DNA of 64,000 bases from Tubiluchus corallicola (Eukaryota > Animalia > Priapulida), in the NCBI GenBank assembly GCA_030141605.1, contig JAQGDQ010000144.1:434001-498000 (forward strand), read 5' to 3'. Below, piece after piece: positions 12,507-26,800 of the stretch (positions are counted from its first letter, which is position 1; each line of letters starts with the position of its first letter). Both the position numbers and the translations under genes were made by a program. The notes under the pieces were generated by a model. That model did not search any database. It was not told the origin of the DNA and saw only the letters and a list, made by a program, of their open reading frames with translations.

Positions 12507-12766
12507 TTGTCAAGTACAGCATACGTTGCTACTGCACATTTTTGAACACACATCGTTGCAAGCATTAGTTTTACTTTGAGTCGAAATGAACACACGAATA
12601 TTGTTAACATGTGTTTCTCTGACTACATAGCTGTGCATATTATTTTGCAAATTTCTCCTGCATGTTTCTCCTCAACAGTTATAACACTATCAAATTCGCT
12701 ATGACAACATAAGACAAATTACAACATTATTCAGCAATGCCTGGAACAGTTCTTTTAGTGTTCCAG

Positions 12767-12875
12767 GCGTCAGTTTCACAAAGCTGTCACTAAGTAAACG
12801 ACGTCATTATTAATAGTTAAGTGAATGTAATAATGATGTCGTTAACTTTAGTGATGGCTTTGTGAAACCGGTCCT
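12767..12875. mobile_element. Short hairpin MITE in the CCDC40 3' UTR
   Basis: GTTTCACAAAGCTGTCACTAAGTAAACGACGTCATTATTA pairs with TAATAATGATGTCGTTAACTTTAGTGATGGCTTTGTGAAAC. Confidence 0.6.
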
Positions 12876-13007
12876 AGTACTTTTAGTGGAGTGTTCTGGA
12901 ACAGATAACGGTAGCATTCTTAAATATAGAAATGATTTGGATACAAAGTGTTGTAAACTAATGTGTCATGTTCAAGATTTGATTCAAATTATCTTGCAGC
13001 TCGAATC

Positions 13008-13020
13008 AATAAAGTTTATT
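13008..13020. terminator. Back-to-back poly(A) signals (AATAAA-G-TTTATT)
   Basis: AATAAA on + at 13008-13013 and on - at 13015-13020, between convergent CCDC40 and MGRN1. Confidence 0.4.
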
Positions 13021-14822
13021 TTGCTAATGTTTAGCAAGTTTTCCTGCGAATTTAAAAAAAAACTAAAAGCCAAAAGTTGTTTGAAAAAATTTATTTATAA
13101 ATCACTTTTTACATTATGCATTGCAAATAGTCTTTACGATTATTTAACCACAGAAATTTTTTGCAAAAAGATAATTTTCAATGATGCTAATCAAGAATCA
13201 AAGATATAGTGTTTAGCCATTCATTTACATGTAAATTACTGACAATTAGAAAGTTTCAGTAAAGTCATTTAGTACTATTTTCTTACAATCATCGAATCTA
13301 TTCTAAAAAAATGCGCATCAACTTTTTGTAAAATTAACTGTGGGTTTAAATATTTGTGTGTTATAATACAGAATTAATTTTACCTACACAGAACAGCTTC
13401 ATCACTGTCTGTCTACTAGCTGTTGCTCTTTAAGAATTGCTTCATTGTTATATAAGTTTTAAACATTTAACAATAATTAAATACAGTAACAATATTTACA
13501 ACGATGTCCCCATCTGTATCCACATTGCGTTTCATGACAAATTAGAAATTTCAAAGCAAGAAAAAGTTGCTTAGCAAACCTGTACACTGTGCCACAAATG
13601 GCAAGAAGTGCCCTGTAGTTAACACATCAACTAAAAAGCAACTCAGCATAATGCTTTTTTCTTCTAGTTTTTTACTATAAGAAAATATGTTTGTCTTTAT
13701 CTGATTACAACAATAAGCAAATAAAACATGAACAAACCACAGCAGCGGACTCACTAAAAAGAAATACATAAAACTTATAATTATAAAAGCTGTCTTTTCA
13801 GGATATGTTCAATTTCTTGTGTGAAAATTCAGCGCCACTGTAACACAAACGTTAACACTGTTTACAGTGGTTTATCTTTATGCAAATAGAAGTAGCAAAA
13901 TTTGTTATGCTAACTACGTTTTACCATTACACAAGGTATTGATATACAGCAGCCTAATGGAACAGTCTTTATTACAAAAAGCTTCAGTCTGTACTCTGTA
14001 GTGAGTTGGACATTACTGAAGTTAATGCTGGCATAATTAATAATAGCTTAGAATATCTATAAAGAAAGAGATGAGAGATGCCACTTATAACAGAGATTTG
14101 ATTTGAAGAGAACAAATAGTTGTAATGATAGCTTAGCATATCTAAACTGAGATGACTACAGCAGAGATCATGTCAGTAATTTGTATAATTATAACATTAC
14201 CTGTGGAGATAGATTTTAATAGAACAAATAAGTGTTGACTCATCAATGTCAATGTTGGAGAAAAAGCAATTGGTGCATGCAGACTGCCAAATGATGGTAT
14301 ACTTTTACCATTGTTGCTTGTTTAGAATAAAATTTCAAATAAGAAATTTTCTTATATTAAATTTACTAAATTTTCCTATTTTAAGAAATTTGAACTCTCA
14401 TAATTTTACAAAGTTTATCGTCTGTTGCATTACAGTTTTACAGCTGTAATTGCTTTTCTAACAACTGCACCATACTACCTTTAGCTGTCTCCAGTTTTAC
14501 TTTGGAAAAGTACAAGACTTGACATTCTCCTCAAGAAATAGTATGGTTGTGAGCCTTTCAAAATTTAAAATGCAGAGAGCTACCTCTACAGATTGCTACA
14601 CGAATTTGTTTTTCACATTTCAACTAACTTAGTGTGCTTAATTCACAAAAATTAGAATACCCCAACGTTACTTAAAAAAATTTACACAAATATTACCTAA
14701 AATTGAGATGTTGAATTGGACAAAAGCAAGTAAAAGTTTCCTTTAATACTAGATCATCATAAAAACAATGACAGAGCTGCTGTAGTTGTGTATTATTTGT
14801 ATAAAACCCTGCAATAGCAAGA

Positions 14823-17800
14823 TCACAGCATGGCAGACTTAACTGAATTTGTGAGGGTTTCCGTACTACCCACATCTGTCTTTTCTTCTTCCTCAAGAAG
14901 CTGCGCTGTACTGCTAGAAGATTCGTAACTCTCACCACTCACCTGGAAAATTTTAGATTTGGGTTACCATAGTGTAAAAATAAAAAATTAATATTACCCG
15001 TGCTTTAGCCAGGGAGTTGAACTGCAAAACCACGATAAACAACTGACTTACGGTAAACTGTCTCGAACTTATTACTCTTGAAAAATTTGAATGACAATAT
15101 AAAATTATAATAATATCGTAGAATTGTAAATTTGTGATCTTTAGCTATTTACAGTAGGCAAAACTTGAAATTACTTCTCTGCATTTTAGGGCACTAAGAT
15201 GCGAATTTACAAAGAATTAATTAAAATTAAATTCAGTACTATATTTCTTTCCAGCAAGAACTTAATCAGGGAAAAAAAGTTTTGTAATGCGTCTACCATA
15301 AATATTCGTGCATTAATGTCACATAACACAACAAATGAAGGTACAAAATGAAATGATAAGTAACTTTTCATTATTACCTGATCTAAGTTATCCTCAACTG
15401 CAAGTTGTCCTGCACGACAATTACCATCCCGTGATTGTTCTTGTGCTGATTCGGATATTTCTTCAGCTAAAAAGAAATTAGAGATATTGAAAAACTACCA
15501 CATAAAACCAATGTAATTGCTCAAATCTGATATTCTTGACATGCTATGCTGACTTTTAATAATGTAAAAAATTACATGTAGAAGCAGAATCATAAGAAGC
15601 TGTTAACTTTTCTAAATACAATGCAAAAAAGGTAAATTGTTTTATTAGTTTGCATGTTCCCACCCAGAATAATAATCTCTGAAGTAGCTAATTATCTGTA
15701 CCTGCTTCCACCTCCTCGTGATCACTTTCTCCAGCCTCCTGCTCCTCCTCTTCTTTTGCAGGTAACTCCTCAGTTGCATCACAATCTGGCTGGTCATTCA
15801 CAACTTCATCTGTTGTGGGAGAGCCAGTAACAACGTATTTAGCTCTAGAACCCTGTAATACGACATGTAATCATTTAGTTATTACAAATGCAATCACATT
15901 ATCAAGCCCATCAACATGAGACTGCACCTTTTTTAATGTGCTGGTTGTACCAAAGCTGACTGTGCAGTGAGACAAATGTATTCCAGTAAATATATGACAA
16001 ATTGAGTTGTGAGTAAACCTATTTACAGACACAAACATACATGTTATTTCGCATTTTTGGCAGAGAAATAAAACACATGAATTAAATCACATTTCTTTTC
16101 ACTTTGTATCATTTTCTCAGTAAACTTCAGAATTGTTTTCTGATTTTGGCAACCAATTATGTCAAACTGATTTTTGAGTACATGGTGTGTGCTTCCCAGT
16201 CGAAGTTAAATAGCCAAAGCTGGTCATTTGGTATGTGAATGCCAAATAACTGGCTGCCTTGCCTTGATGAGTCCAGAATGTCTTGCTGCAACCACTCGCA
16301 AAACTAGACTTTGGCTTTTAATGCTGAATTCCAGCTTGCAGTCCAACAAATTATACAAAAAATAAAATCTGTTACTCTTTTTGTTACTTTAAAAATGCCT
16401 GGAATATTAGCTTTGTCAAGGAAACTTGTGGAAAGTCTACATTCAATGCAAAGCATAAAACTCACACTTGAAAAACAGGTATTTATTAGTAACTACTTAT
16501 TGTGACAGGATGAACATAATGGTTACGATGGTTGCTCTCCTGAAATCCATACCTTGTTTTTTGGTACAGTTTCATTTACTATTTCTACTCTGTCATCTTG
16601 AGGTACATATAGAACAGCGTCTTCTGTCGCACTTATGCCAATTTCAGCCGTTCTATCCTTGGTCCGAGTTTTGGCCTTCTGTTTTCCGGATTCCTTCACA
16701 GGTTTGGATGTGACACCTGTCATGATTATCTGCAAAAAATATTAAAACAATAATATTTGTGTTTAAAAGTTGGAAAATTATTTGATAATTTCGTCACTGT
16801 GTCCTAGAACACTTAATTATGACACAACATGCTATGTTGGCTTTAATGTGTATAAATTATGCTGTATACTCAACAAACAATCTATTAATAATTAATACGA
16901 TTAGTTATAATGCAAAAAATAATACCAAAAGAAGCAGAGTCATTACAAACCTCGGGTGTTTCACATTTGTTTTGAGCTGTAGCTCTCGGTACGACATCTG
17001 GGGAATTGCTCAAAACATTTCCTTCTGTTGCTGCAGGTTCATCTGATGTATCACCATGTACAACTCTGTAAAACATTTGATTTTCTAGCACAACAAGCTG
17101 AAATAGTTCTTTATACACTGAACAATGTAATTCACTCAAAGGCAGGGCCCTCTCAAAGACATGGCCAAAGAAATGAGCACATTAACAAGAATATGTTAAT
17201 ATGTTATCCATGTTTAATGAAGAATTAATAGTAATAATAAAATATACTTCTAAAATGACCAATGACCCAGGAGAGGTATCACAGCCACAATTCTACTGTA
17301 CATACACCCTCACACCCATGTGTTACACAGCCAAGGTTTAAGCATGTTAACGCCCAAAGCAAGTATCAAACTCAAACCATTCAGAATGAAGCATGGGAAC
17401 TCTACCACTAGACTAGAAAACATGCCACAATTACAGTACAAGTAACAGTGCAATTTTGGGCACAAAGAAATTGTAAAATAGCTCAGGAATCTTAAAATTG
17501 TAACTTGTAAACAGACTTCGAACTGAACTATATGTACACTGCTACAAAATTAAATTACATCACATTATTGACTTTCAAACAAACCAAAAGTTGGGAACTC
17601 CACACAAAAAAGTCACATTTTCAATACCAAAAATATTCCAGTGGTTAAAAACTATATCTCAATAAAATATTGAAATCCTAATTACAGAAATACTATACTT
17701 CCTAGATTACAGACTAAAAAAATTACATAATTATTAACCATACAAGTTATGTGCATAGAATAAATATTTTACACCTACCCATTCGGTACTTGTCTTCGTA

Positions 17801-20800
17801 ATAACTCTACATTGCTGTATGACGGTGGTGGTGTAATATTTCCATTTAAACCGTCCTCACATGTTAAATTAGCTGCAGGTGCTGCACTTGATGCACAGGT
17901 CGGTCCATTTAAAGCTTCTATAAGTGATATGGCTTCATATCCCGGCGGAACTCCCTCTTGATTTGCCTGTGTCAAAAACATTGAATTTTGTTCTTTATGA
18001 CATTGTCTGTAAGTCCAGGGTATTATATTATGTTCCAAATGTGTTACAAAAGAAACAGGCAAAACAGGCGAAACTAATAAACTACGAACCTATTCAAAAT
18101 TTAAACAAGAATTTGAAGTCGAGAAGTATCTTCTTTTTATACATAATCATGTACCAAGATCGAACTTCGATAAACTGCGTAACAGTTCTCACAACTTGTA
18201 TATAGAAAAAGGCCGACATTGTATATCCAAAATACCTGTTAACAATCGAATATGTAAATATTGCAATGAAGGAAAAATTGAAGATGAAATGCATTTTGTA
18301 CTTGACTGTAAAAATTATTGTGATTTAAGGTTAAATTTATTCAGTTCTATTGCGAAAATCTTTCCTGCTTTTATTATTCTACCTATGGACCAAAAATTTA
18401 TTTTGCTGTTAAGAGGTAGTTTTTTTTTAAACGACAAACTTAGTGTCAAGATATATTACTGAGTGTTTTATAAAACAAAATTTACAAAATTGAGCTTACC
18501 TGTTATTCTATTTAATGGTGTAAGATCTTCATTATGTACGATAATTCTTATGCACACTTTAAATGTATGTTACCATTTTGTAAAATGTAATTTTAATATA
18601 ATACTAGGTTCTACAGTATAAATTTGTTGGAAAATGTAATTTTAATTCTAAAATTCATTGTGTAATAAACTTTGTAAATATCTTAATATAATATAATATA
18701 ATATAATATAATATAATATAATATAATATAATATAATATAATATAATATAATATAATATAATATAATATAATATAATATAATATAATATAATATAATATA
18801 ATATAATATAATATAATATAATATAATATAATATAACATAACATAACATAATATAATATAATATAATATAATATAATATAATATAATATAATATAATTGA
18901 AATATTGTAATTGTAATTGTAAATCGTTAATAAATATTATTTCATTATACAACTGTAGTGGACCAATATCAGTTCAATCAATGTAAGTGTGAGAATAAAA
19001 CTTTAAAATCTACTAGTGCTTTCCCAAGGTTAAAAAACCCCAATGCAATAATAAAAAATTCCACTTCAGTTAAGTCAAGCGATGCGTTTTTTCAATTTCA
19101 CTACTGTGGGGTTTTTAGGTGCCCCACTTCTTGTCAATAAGATTTAATTCAGTGTTACTATAATTCAACATTCGTGTCCAATTTTCTATTTTTCTTTACT
19201 TCCCCATGTAAAATTTACACAAGAAAAGGTAGCATTAAATGATGAAGTAAATTTATAAAGAAATTACAGTCAAACCTGTTTATACCACCTGCTTTGGGAT
19301 TGCAAAAAAGTTGGTGTTACAAGTCTGGGATTGCAACGAGGTGAATTAATATATACATGTCCATATAAATATAGACATTTTGTTTTGCTTTGGGCGTTAA
19401 CACAGATCTAGGCATTTTAAAGGGATGGTTATAATGAGGTTTGGTTATACTGAGGTTTGACTGAACAAGTTCTTCTCTAACCTACGTTTTGGAATTTAAA
19501 AGTGTTTTAGGCATTCTATTTTCTACTGAAACACTATAAACAAGTAGAACTTTCAATTAAACAAGCTAAACAACATGTTAATGATAACTTTTATAAAAAT
19601 GTAAAATTTGAGGTTCTTTGAAACACTAGTTACCAGTTTATCTACAATTGCTTTAATTATTAATAAAGCTAGCAAAATCATCCTACATGTTATAATAATT
19701 TACAACAACCAAAATTCTCACAGATTAATTTTAAAATAAAATCAGCATAGTTTTGCTTTTTACTTAAAGATCTGTTCTAGATGTCATTATTAAACTTGAA
19801 AGCTACTGTTCTATAAAGCTAGAGTGAGTTTTATTAAAGTTTGCACCTTTTCAATGTTTTGTACACTTTATTAATTGTGCCAACTGTCAATAGTAACATT
19901 TTTCTTACGTATAAAGAATTTATCTGTAAAAGCAGAAAGTTAAAACACTGTGAGTGCTTCTTCAAATGTTTATGGTTCTCTCAATGTCTTAATAGGATAA
20001 TTCAAAGCAAATATTCGATAAAAAAGCAAAGTCCAGGTCCGTTCCAAAAGCGTTGAAAATTTACTACATTAAAATTCTGCATATGACATTAGTACTGTAC
20101 ATAAGTTTAAAAAACATTTTTTCTAGAAAATTTGTAAAATAAGTAGAATATTATTATGTACGAAATGAAGTAAAAAGTCAAACAACTATAGCTTAATAAC
20201 TAACGTGTTTAAGCATACCTGATTATCTTCAGATTCTGTAGGCGGCAGTGCTTGTACGTGAGCGTTAGGCGATTTCTTGCGAAGTGCTCGAATCTGAAGC
20301 AATGCCCTGAACGGCGAGCGACATATTGGACAGTTATTAGCTTGGTAACGCAGCGAATCGGCACAACAGTTACACAGACATAGATGGCGACACGGCAAGA
20401 TCAGAGTGTCACGAACTTCTGACATGCAAATGACGCATTCAGAACCATTATCATCTATTTCATCTTCATCACGCTAAAACAAAAAAGCTTAGGTAAAGCG
20501 TGAATAGAAAAGAAAATTCTGTGCAATAAAATCTTATGCAATAACAAACTAGTTATAGGAATATAAGTATATGTATGTATGTAAGTACATGTTAGGGAAA
20601 ACGTCTAATAAAACATAACATTAATTTTGCCTGTATTTGGATGAACAGATTTATGGATATATAACTTCCATAACTACAGATCCAATGACAGCACCATCGT
20701 CATCAATTAATCCACACATCAAACGAAAAGTCCTGGTATAGTGTGACTCCCATTGACAAGACATCTTTCGAATCAGGGCCGTTAGAATAAACAACAATTC

Positions 20801-23800
20801 AAAGGTCACCACAATTAAAGTGTTTTTTTATCCATTTTTTGCAAAATTTAGTTTCAAAGAACTGGATCGTGCTAGGGGGTAAGCCAGTAATAGGCAGATA
20901 GCACATCCAGTAGTGGGGCTAGTAAACATATACAGATTTTCTGAGAGGCCCTTGGCTTCATGCAATAAATATTTACGAAACCTGCCTTACTAATATTATT
21001 GAAATTTTGATCAAACACCATATACAAAAAACTTTCATAAGACACATTTTGAGGTCTATGAAGGTCTTTCTGTAGCTCATTGGAATGGAAAGAAAAAGTT
21101 GAAGAATTACAAGATATAATGTGTTTCTTCTAAAAGCTACACCACCACAACAAATGCCAAATGCTTTGTCTAATGTCTATAATCTATGCCAATAAGCACC
21201 ACACTATGTGTAAATATGTTACATCTCCATCGTTAAACGGGCAAAAAAATAGTAAAGAAAACCTAGGCAGAAGGTCCACGCATTGTTGATCCTACCTTAT
21301 GAATTAAATGTTTTTGCTAGTAATTTTTATTACGTCTAACACAAACAGCAAGTTAAACCTCCCAGAGTTGTTGTTGTCACAATGTATGAACAAACACACA
21401 GATTATGTGAATACACAGATAGGTCAATGTGCAAGTCTTTTTAGTCTTTTGCATAGAGCAAGTAAATTTCATCTACATTCCTATGACAGTAATGACAGAA
21501 CTTGTTTGAGTTACTATGCTATCCAAAGTACAGCATGTAATGCGTAACAAAACAATAACAGACTGCCAAGACTGAACCTGAGAAGCAAACAGATTCATCA
21601 CAGTTTGACAATGTAGAAAAATGACAAAATTCAGAGGTTGAAAGCCACAAAATAGCTGACAAAACAGTTCACTCAAGCATCTTTTAATTCTTCTAAACTC
21701 ATCTAAGTTTGTAAACTTAAAACTGAGATATGCTCAAAGAAACCATAAGTGGTTGTAAGTCAAGAACTTTAGGCATACTTAAAGGAAGGCCGGACGATTG
21801 TTTAGAACTCCATCTCATTTTAATTTACTGTCCAAAATATACATTTTCTTGCCTATAAAAGTTAACAATTGTTCCTTATATTTAAATAATTAGCTTAGAA
21901 AGTTAATTAACGGCAACCGAACACAGCTATTGCTTAAGTCAGAAACTAACCACAGTTTGTGCAATGGCAGGTGTCTTCCCTTGCACATCAAGCACATTTG
22001 CATAGGTGTTACAGTACTCCTTAAATGCATGATGTCACGAAAAATGGGCTTTACATCATATGACGTCATGAAACTGACACAGCAGTTCATGATCATGGTC
22101 ATCACGGTACCCCCTTCTATTTGTCAGTGATGCGCACATGACAAAAAGGCGCCGCTGCCAATCTTAGTAGATTCACTGAGTCGCGCATAGCTTTGAAAGT
22201 TTAACGAAGTTTGAGTATCCGAGGCAATTATTATTTAATTTAAGTTTTGATTTAAAATAAGCAATTGTAGTTTTCAATACTTTATACATTTTTTATTCTG
22301 AACTCGTGTTTACACAGTCATCCAGTTTTGAAGTTTGCGCGAATAACTTTGTTTCACAATCAAATTTAAGTAATGCGCAGGCTGGTCAAGTAAATGGGTC
22401 TCACCATGAACAGGCAAACTGAGCAGGACCCTTGCTAGTGAACGGAAAATTCCAGCTTGCAGTGTGCCAAATTATACACACACACACATATATATAAACA
22501 GTATGACCCATGCGCAATGTTCAAATGGAAAATTTGAAGCATAGAACGAAACCTCTAGAAGTTTTAACTATCTTTGCTTTAGAAAAACGCATTTAAAAAA
22601 TATTTCAGCATTACAAATTTACTCATACTTTAGCATGTTCAGCATTCTTGTTCTCAATGCCATAGATTTCTTGTAGTAAATAGCATAGTCCATCTACCAT
22701 TTGTCTCTGTTTCAGTGGTTTCAGTAGGTAACCGCCATCCGATGATTTCTCAACAATACAGAAGGTCATGTGAAGCTGCTTAGAATATTCTAGATACAAA
22801 ATAGTTCATGAAAAATATTTAATGAAATTAGGAGCCAAGACTGTGATTAGTATTTACTTTTTCAAATTCTCATCATATATAGGTTAGGGCTGAAACCATA
22901 TTATTATTTTATCTAAAGTACAATACTGGAAGTGCACAGATTTTTCTCTTTAAAATATAGTTAGCCTGCCATTTCCTATCACAATTCAATTATAATAGTT
23001 ATTAATAATAATTATTATTATTAATTTACTTATTAAAAAATTCCTTGATCTTATCAGTAGTAAATGAATAGCAAATGCTTCAATTACAAAAATCAGGCCA
23101 GTATCTTACCATCAGTCTCTTCTGTTTGGCACTGAATGACTATTGGTATCACCTCTTTCTCTTGGTTATAGACTAGTTCTTCCTCTGCGTAAAGCTTTGG
23201 TTCAAAGACATGTGATGATTGTATAAACTGCTGGTTGGCACCAAATTTGTAATGATACGTCTCAGACGTCATGCTAGGGTCCCGCGGATGATATCTAGAA
23301 AACAAATATGTTAAAAAAACAATTCTAATAGCAACACGACGCAGGAATCTATGTCAATAGGGTGTAATTTTACAATAAAAACTGACATGACTTAATTTAT
23401 AAAAAGAAAATTTTACTTGTAATATTTAAATTGAACATATAAGAAAAAGAATTATCGTGGGGCAATGTCGGCCATCTAGTTTTTATACACTAAAATTAGG
23501 TCCTGTGACCTATACGTAAAATATGTGAAATATATAATACAATATATATTAATTTATAAAATATTAATGCAAATATAAGGTAAGTCATTAAAAAAATCTA
23601 AATGTGGCATACATTACCCAAATATACCCTATTCATAGCATGTTTACAATAAAAGTTTTGTACTTACATTACATTACTGCTACTAATTTCTTCTGTTGCA
23701 AAGTAGAAGATAGTAATTGCACACGGCACATCACAGTCAAATGTAAATTCTATATTATACCGCGTGTTTGACTCCTCATCGTCACCCTGTGCTGAGTCGC

Positions 23801-26800
23801 CAGCTCTGCAAAATTACATTAATTTCTTCTTTCTCTTGTTAGAGACAATATTTTACTTAAAATATTCACAACATTAGTGTTAAATCATTCAAAATAGCAA
23901 GCCGTCAAATAATTTAATTAGAAAGATCAAGACTAAAAGGTACGATTGCTAAATAAGAAGCCAGAACAGTAGCAGTTCATCTGAAAACCCCTGGTTTCAG
24001 GGATCTGCTGTGTTCTTATACATGAAATAAACAAATATTAATAATTTAATAACACAAATTTAGAACACAACTGATTTTGACTAACGATCACTTCAATGTT
24101 CAAAGTTTGTTATCGGATTGAACATTATGGTTTGTTTATAGTTAATACAAGCCACTGCATAAATGTTTGAAAATTACCTAGTAAAAGCAGCGAGAAAAAT
24201 AGCATTAAACGTCTCAACCCACAAGCGGGTACGAAGTAATTTTCAGCTGTTAGCCACATAACATCATTTTTTCTTTAAAACAGGTCCTCTCAGGCCTTAA
24301 CATGGTTAAAACATCATTACAGTAGTACACAACCAACTATACTAAGAAGCGCCTGCTGTCAGTACTGGATCCTGGCTTACAGAGTGCCACACTGTACCGA
24401 TAAGATACTATCTGAATTTTGTGGCATTCCAGGAAAAACTTCACCTTTGAGCACCCCAGCGAAAAGTGAGGATGCTGACTGCCAGAATGAAAGAAAATTG
24501 CAAAAAAAATTTAATTGTACTGAATGAAGTCAATACAGTGCAGTTCTACATACTAATTTCATGGTAATTTTTTTGAAGACCTAGCCCATATCTCGGGCAA
24601 AACATTCAATATTTTCTGTGTTAACAAAACACTACATCAGTTTTTGTATATTATTGATTGTTGGCGAGTAATAGCATTTGTCATGTTACAGTGACAAATT
24701 TCAAAAAGTTCTGACTATGCATGGTCTTGTTAGCTTAATGATAATCAATCTTACCTGATAAATCTCACAGAATCTTTACGAATATTCACAACACTTTTCA
24801 GTGTCTTAATTGGTTCGTTTGCTTGTGGTGCAGGATAAGGAAACTGAAAAATGAAGGCATGATATTCAGAGACATGAAGGCGATTAAGCGAGCTAATGCT
24901 ACGTCACATGTTACCTGAAATTAACCGTTAATGTACAGTGTGCAGTGTATATATAGTGTGCCATTCTTCACATCATGATCATTTTTCAATTAAGAAAAAA
25001 AAGTAGCCAGTTTTGTCAAAAATTGTACTGCAACTCATTTTACTTTAAGGCAAATTTGCTTGAAATCTGCTATGTCCAGGGAATAGTTAGAAAATTATGC
25101 AAGCTTTAAATGACAATTGATCGGAGATAAATTTAAAATAAGTTTCTCATGTTTCTCGTAGTGAAATCTGTCACTGTACCATTGGCTCTCTATACAGTAT
25201 CAACTGTATTCAGGTTTGGATTGACTCCTTTGCAAGCTTTTTCACAAATATACACACAGTGGTGGAAAAACCAATGACCTTCTTACTACTTGACAAAAAT
25301 GTAATGTTAGGAATTTAAGCTTACGGGAGTTGGCCTATTGCCCAGAAAGTTCAAATCTGCATTTTCTCCAAAAAGATAAGCTTCAGGTTGCGTTGTGTCG
25401 AACCGCTCTCCACCCATTATGAAGTGACTTCCGAAATAACATCCTGCACATTAGCAATGCACTATTATTACAATCGAAATGTAATTGCAAAGTTCAGTCA
25501 AATCTCATTATAACGACCCCTTTATAATGCCAACCTTGGTTAATGCAAAATTTTTAACAAAACAAAATATCTATATTTGCATAGACATGCATGTATTAAT
25601 TCACCTTGTTACAATGATAACTTTTTTAGAATCATAAAGTAGATGGTATAAACTATAAGGAGGCTTGTCTGTACTATTATTACGCTGCAAGAATGAATTT
25701 AAGTGTTAAAAATGGATTCAGATCGTAATCAACAAACAAGACCAATCGATATTTTCATTTGTAACGTAAATTCTGATCTAAAAAATATTCTGTTTAACAA
25801 TAAATAGTGTGTATTACGTCTAGTGAACACAGTAAGCTACAATACTCTAATCAGTAACAGTATACCACATTATTAACAATTTTATTCTTATGTGACGAAA
25901 ATTCAGTGTAATGGAATGACTAGCTACAAGCCAAAATTCTACTTGTCATAAATCTGCATTTTTTTTTCAAATCGATTACCGCCTTGGATACCTAAAATTA
26001 GATAGATAGATTAACAAAAAAAGAAAAAAAGTAAAACAAGAGAACATCAATAAACAAAAGTTATAAAAATTGTTGCTGAACAGTATCTAGAAAGTAGAGT
26101 CATTAGCTCCAAAGATGAAGCCTACTGCTACTTTAGTAATTGACATCTCTTGTCAACAAACAGCATGTCAGAGAGTTAGGAGTTCGTGTTAATGGTCTAA
26201 CACCATGGGTCGAAATGTTTTATTTTTCCTGCGGAGCACTGTACGTTCCGCCAAAATAAAAATGAGCAGCAAATGAACAGACAAGCATAGTGATAATTTG
26301 TTTTTGTTTCTTAGGTAACTTTTAAGCTGAAATAAATATTACTGTAATCATTTGTGACGCGTATATTAGGTATTATAACTCAGTAACAGCTGCTCTTTTG
26401 CTAGTTTTTTGTTACTTAGTATTCAACTGCCTCAACAATGAAGCAAAAAAATCTCATTAGCAGACGATTTTTTGCTGAATTTCTGCCCAGAATAAGACGA
26501 AATACTGAGTCTGAAGCGCAATTATTAAACAATGTGTAAGTTAGACATTTCCAGTGGTGAGCTATTTTCAAAATTTTTCAACATACAAAACTAGTGAACA
26601 ATAGCTGGCGATAAACAAAGACCAAGATCTTTGGTATTGCAACGTTCATGTTACTGTTAAATGCTTATTTCGTAATTATAATGAGGCCAATAGTTTTTAA
26701 ACAACTTGGTAAGACGCTTAATAGGTCTTCTTCAGCATATAGACGTGCATTCGTTAAGCTTATTTATTGTTATTACATAAGTATTTATGTAATCTGAGCA

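Noticed and set aside
18648-18952. ORFs of repeated YYIIL
   Set aside because: Translations of the (TAATA)n microsatellite.
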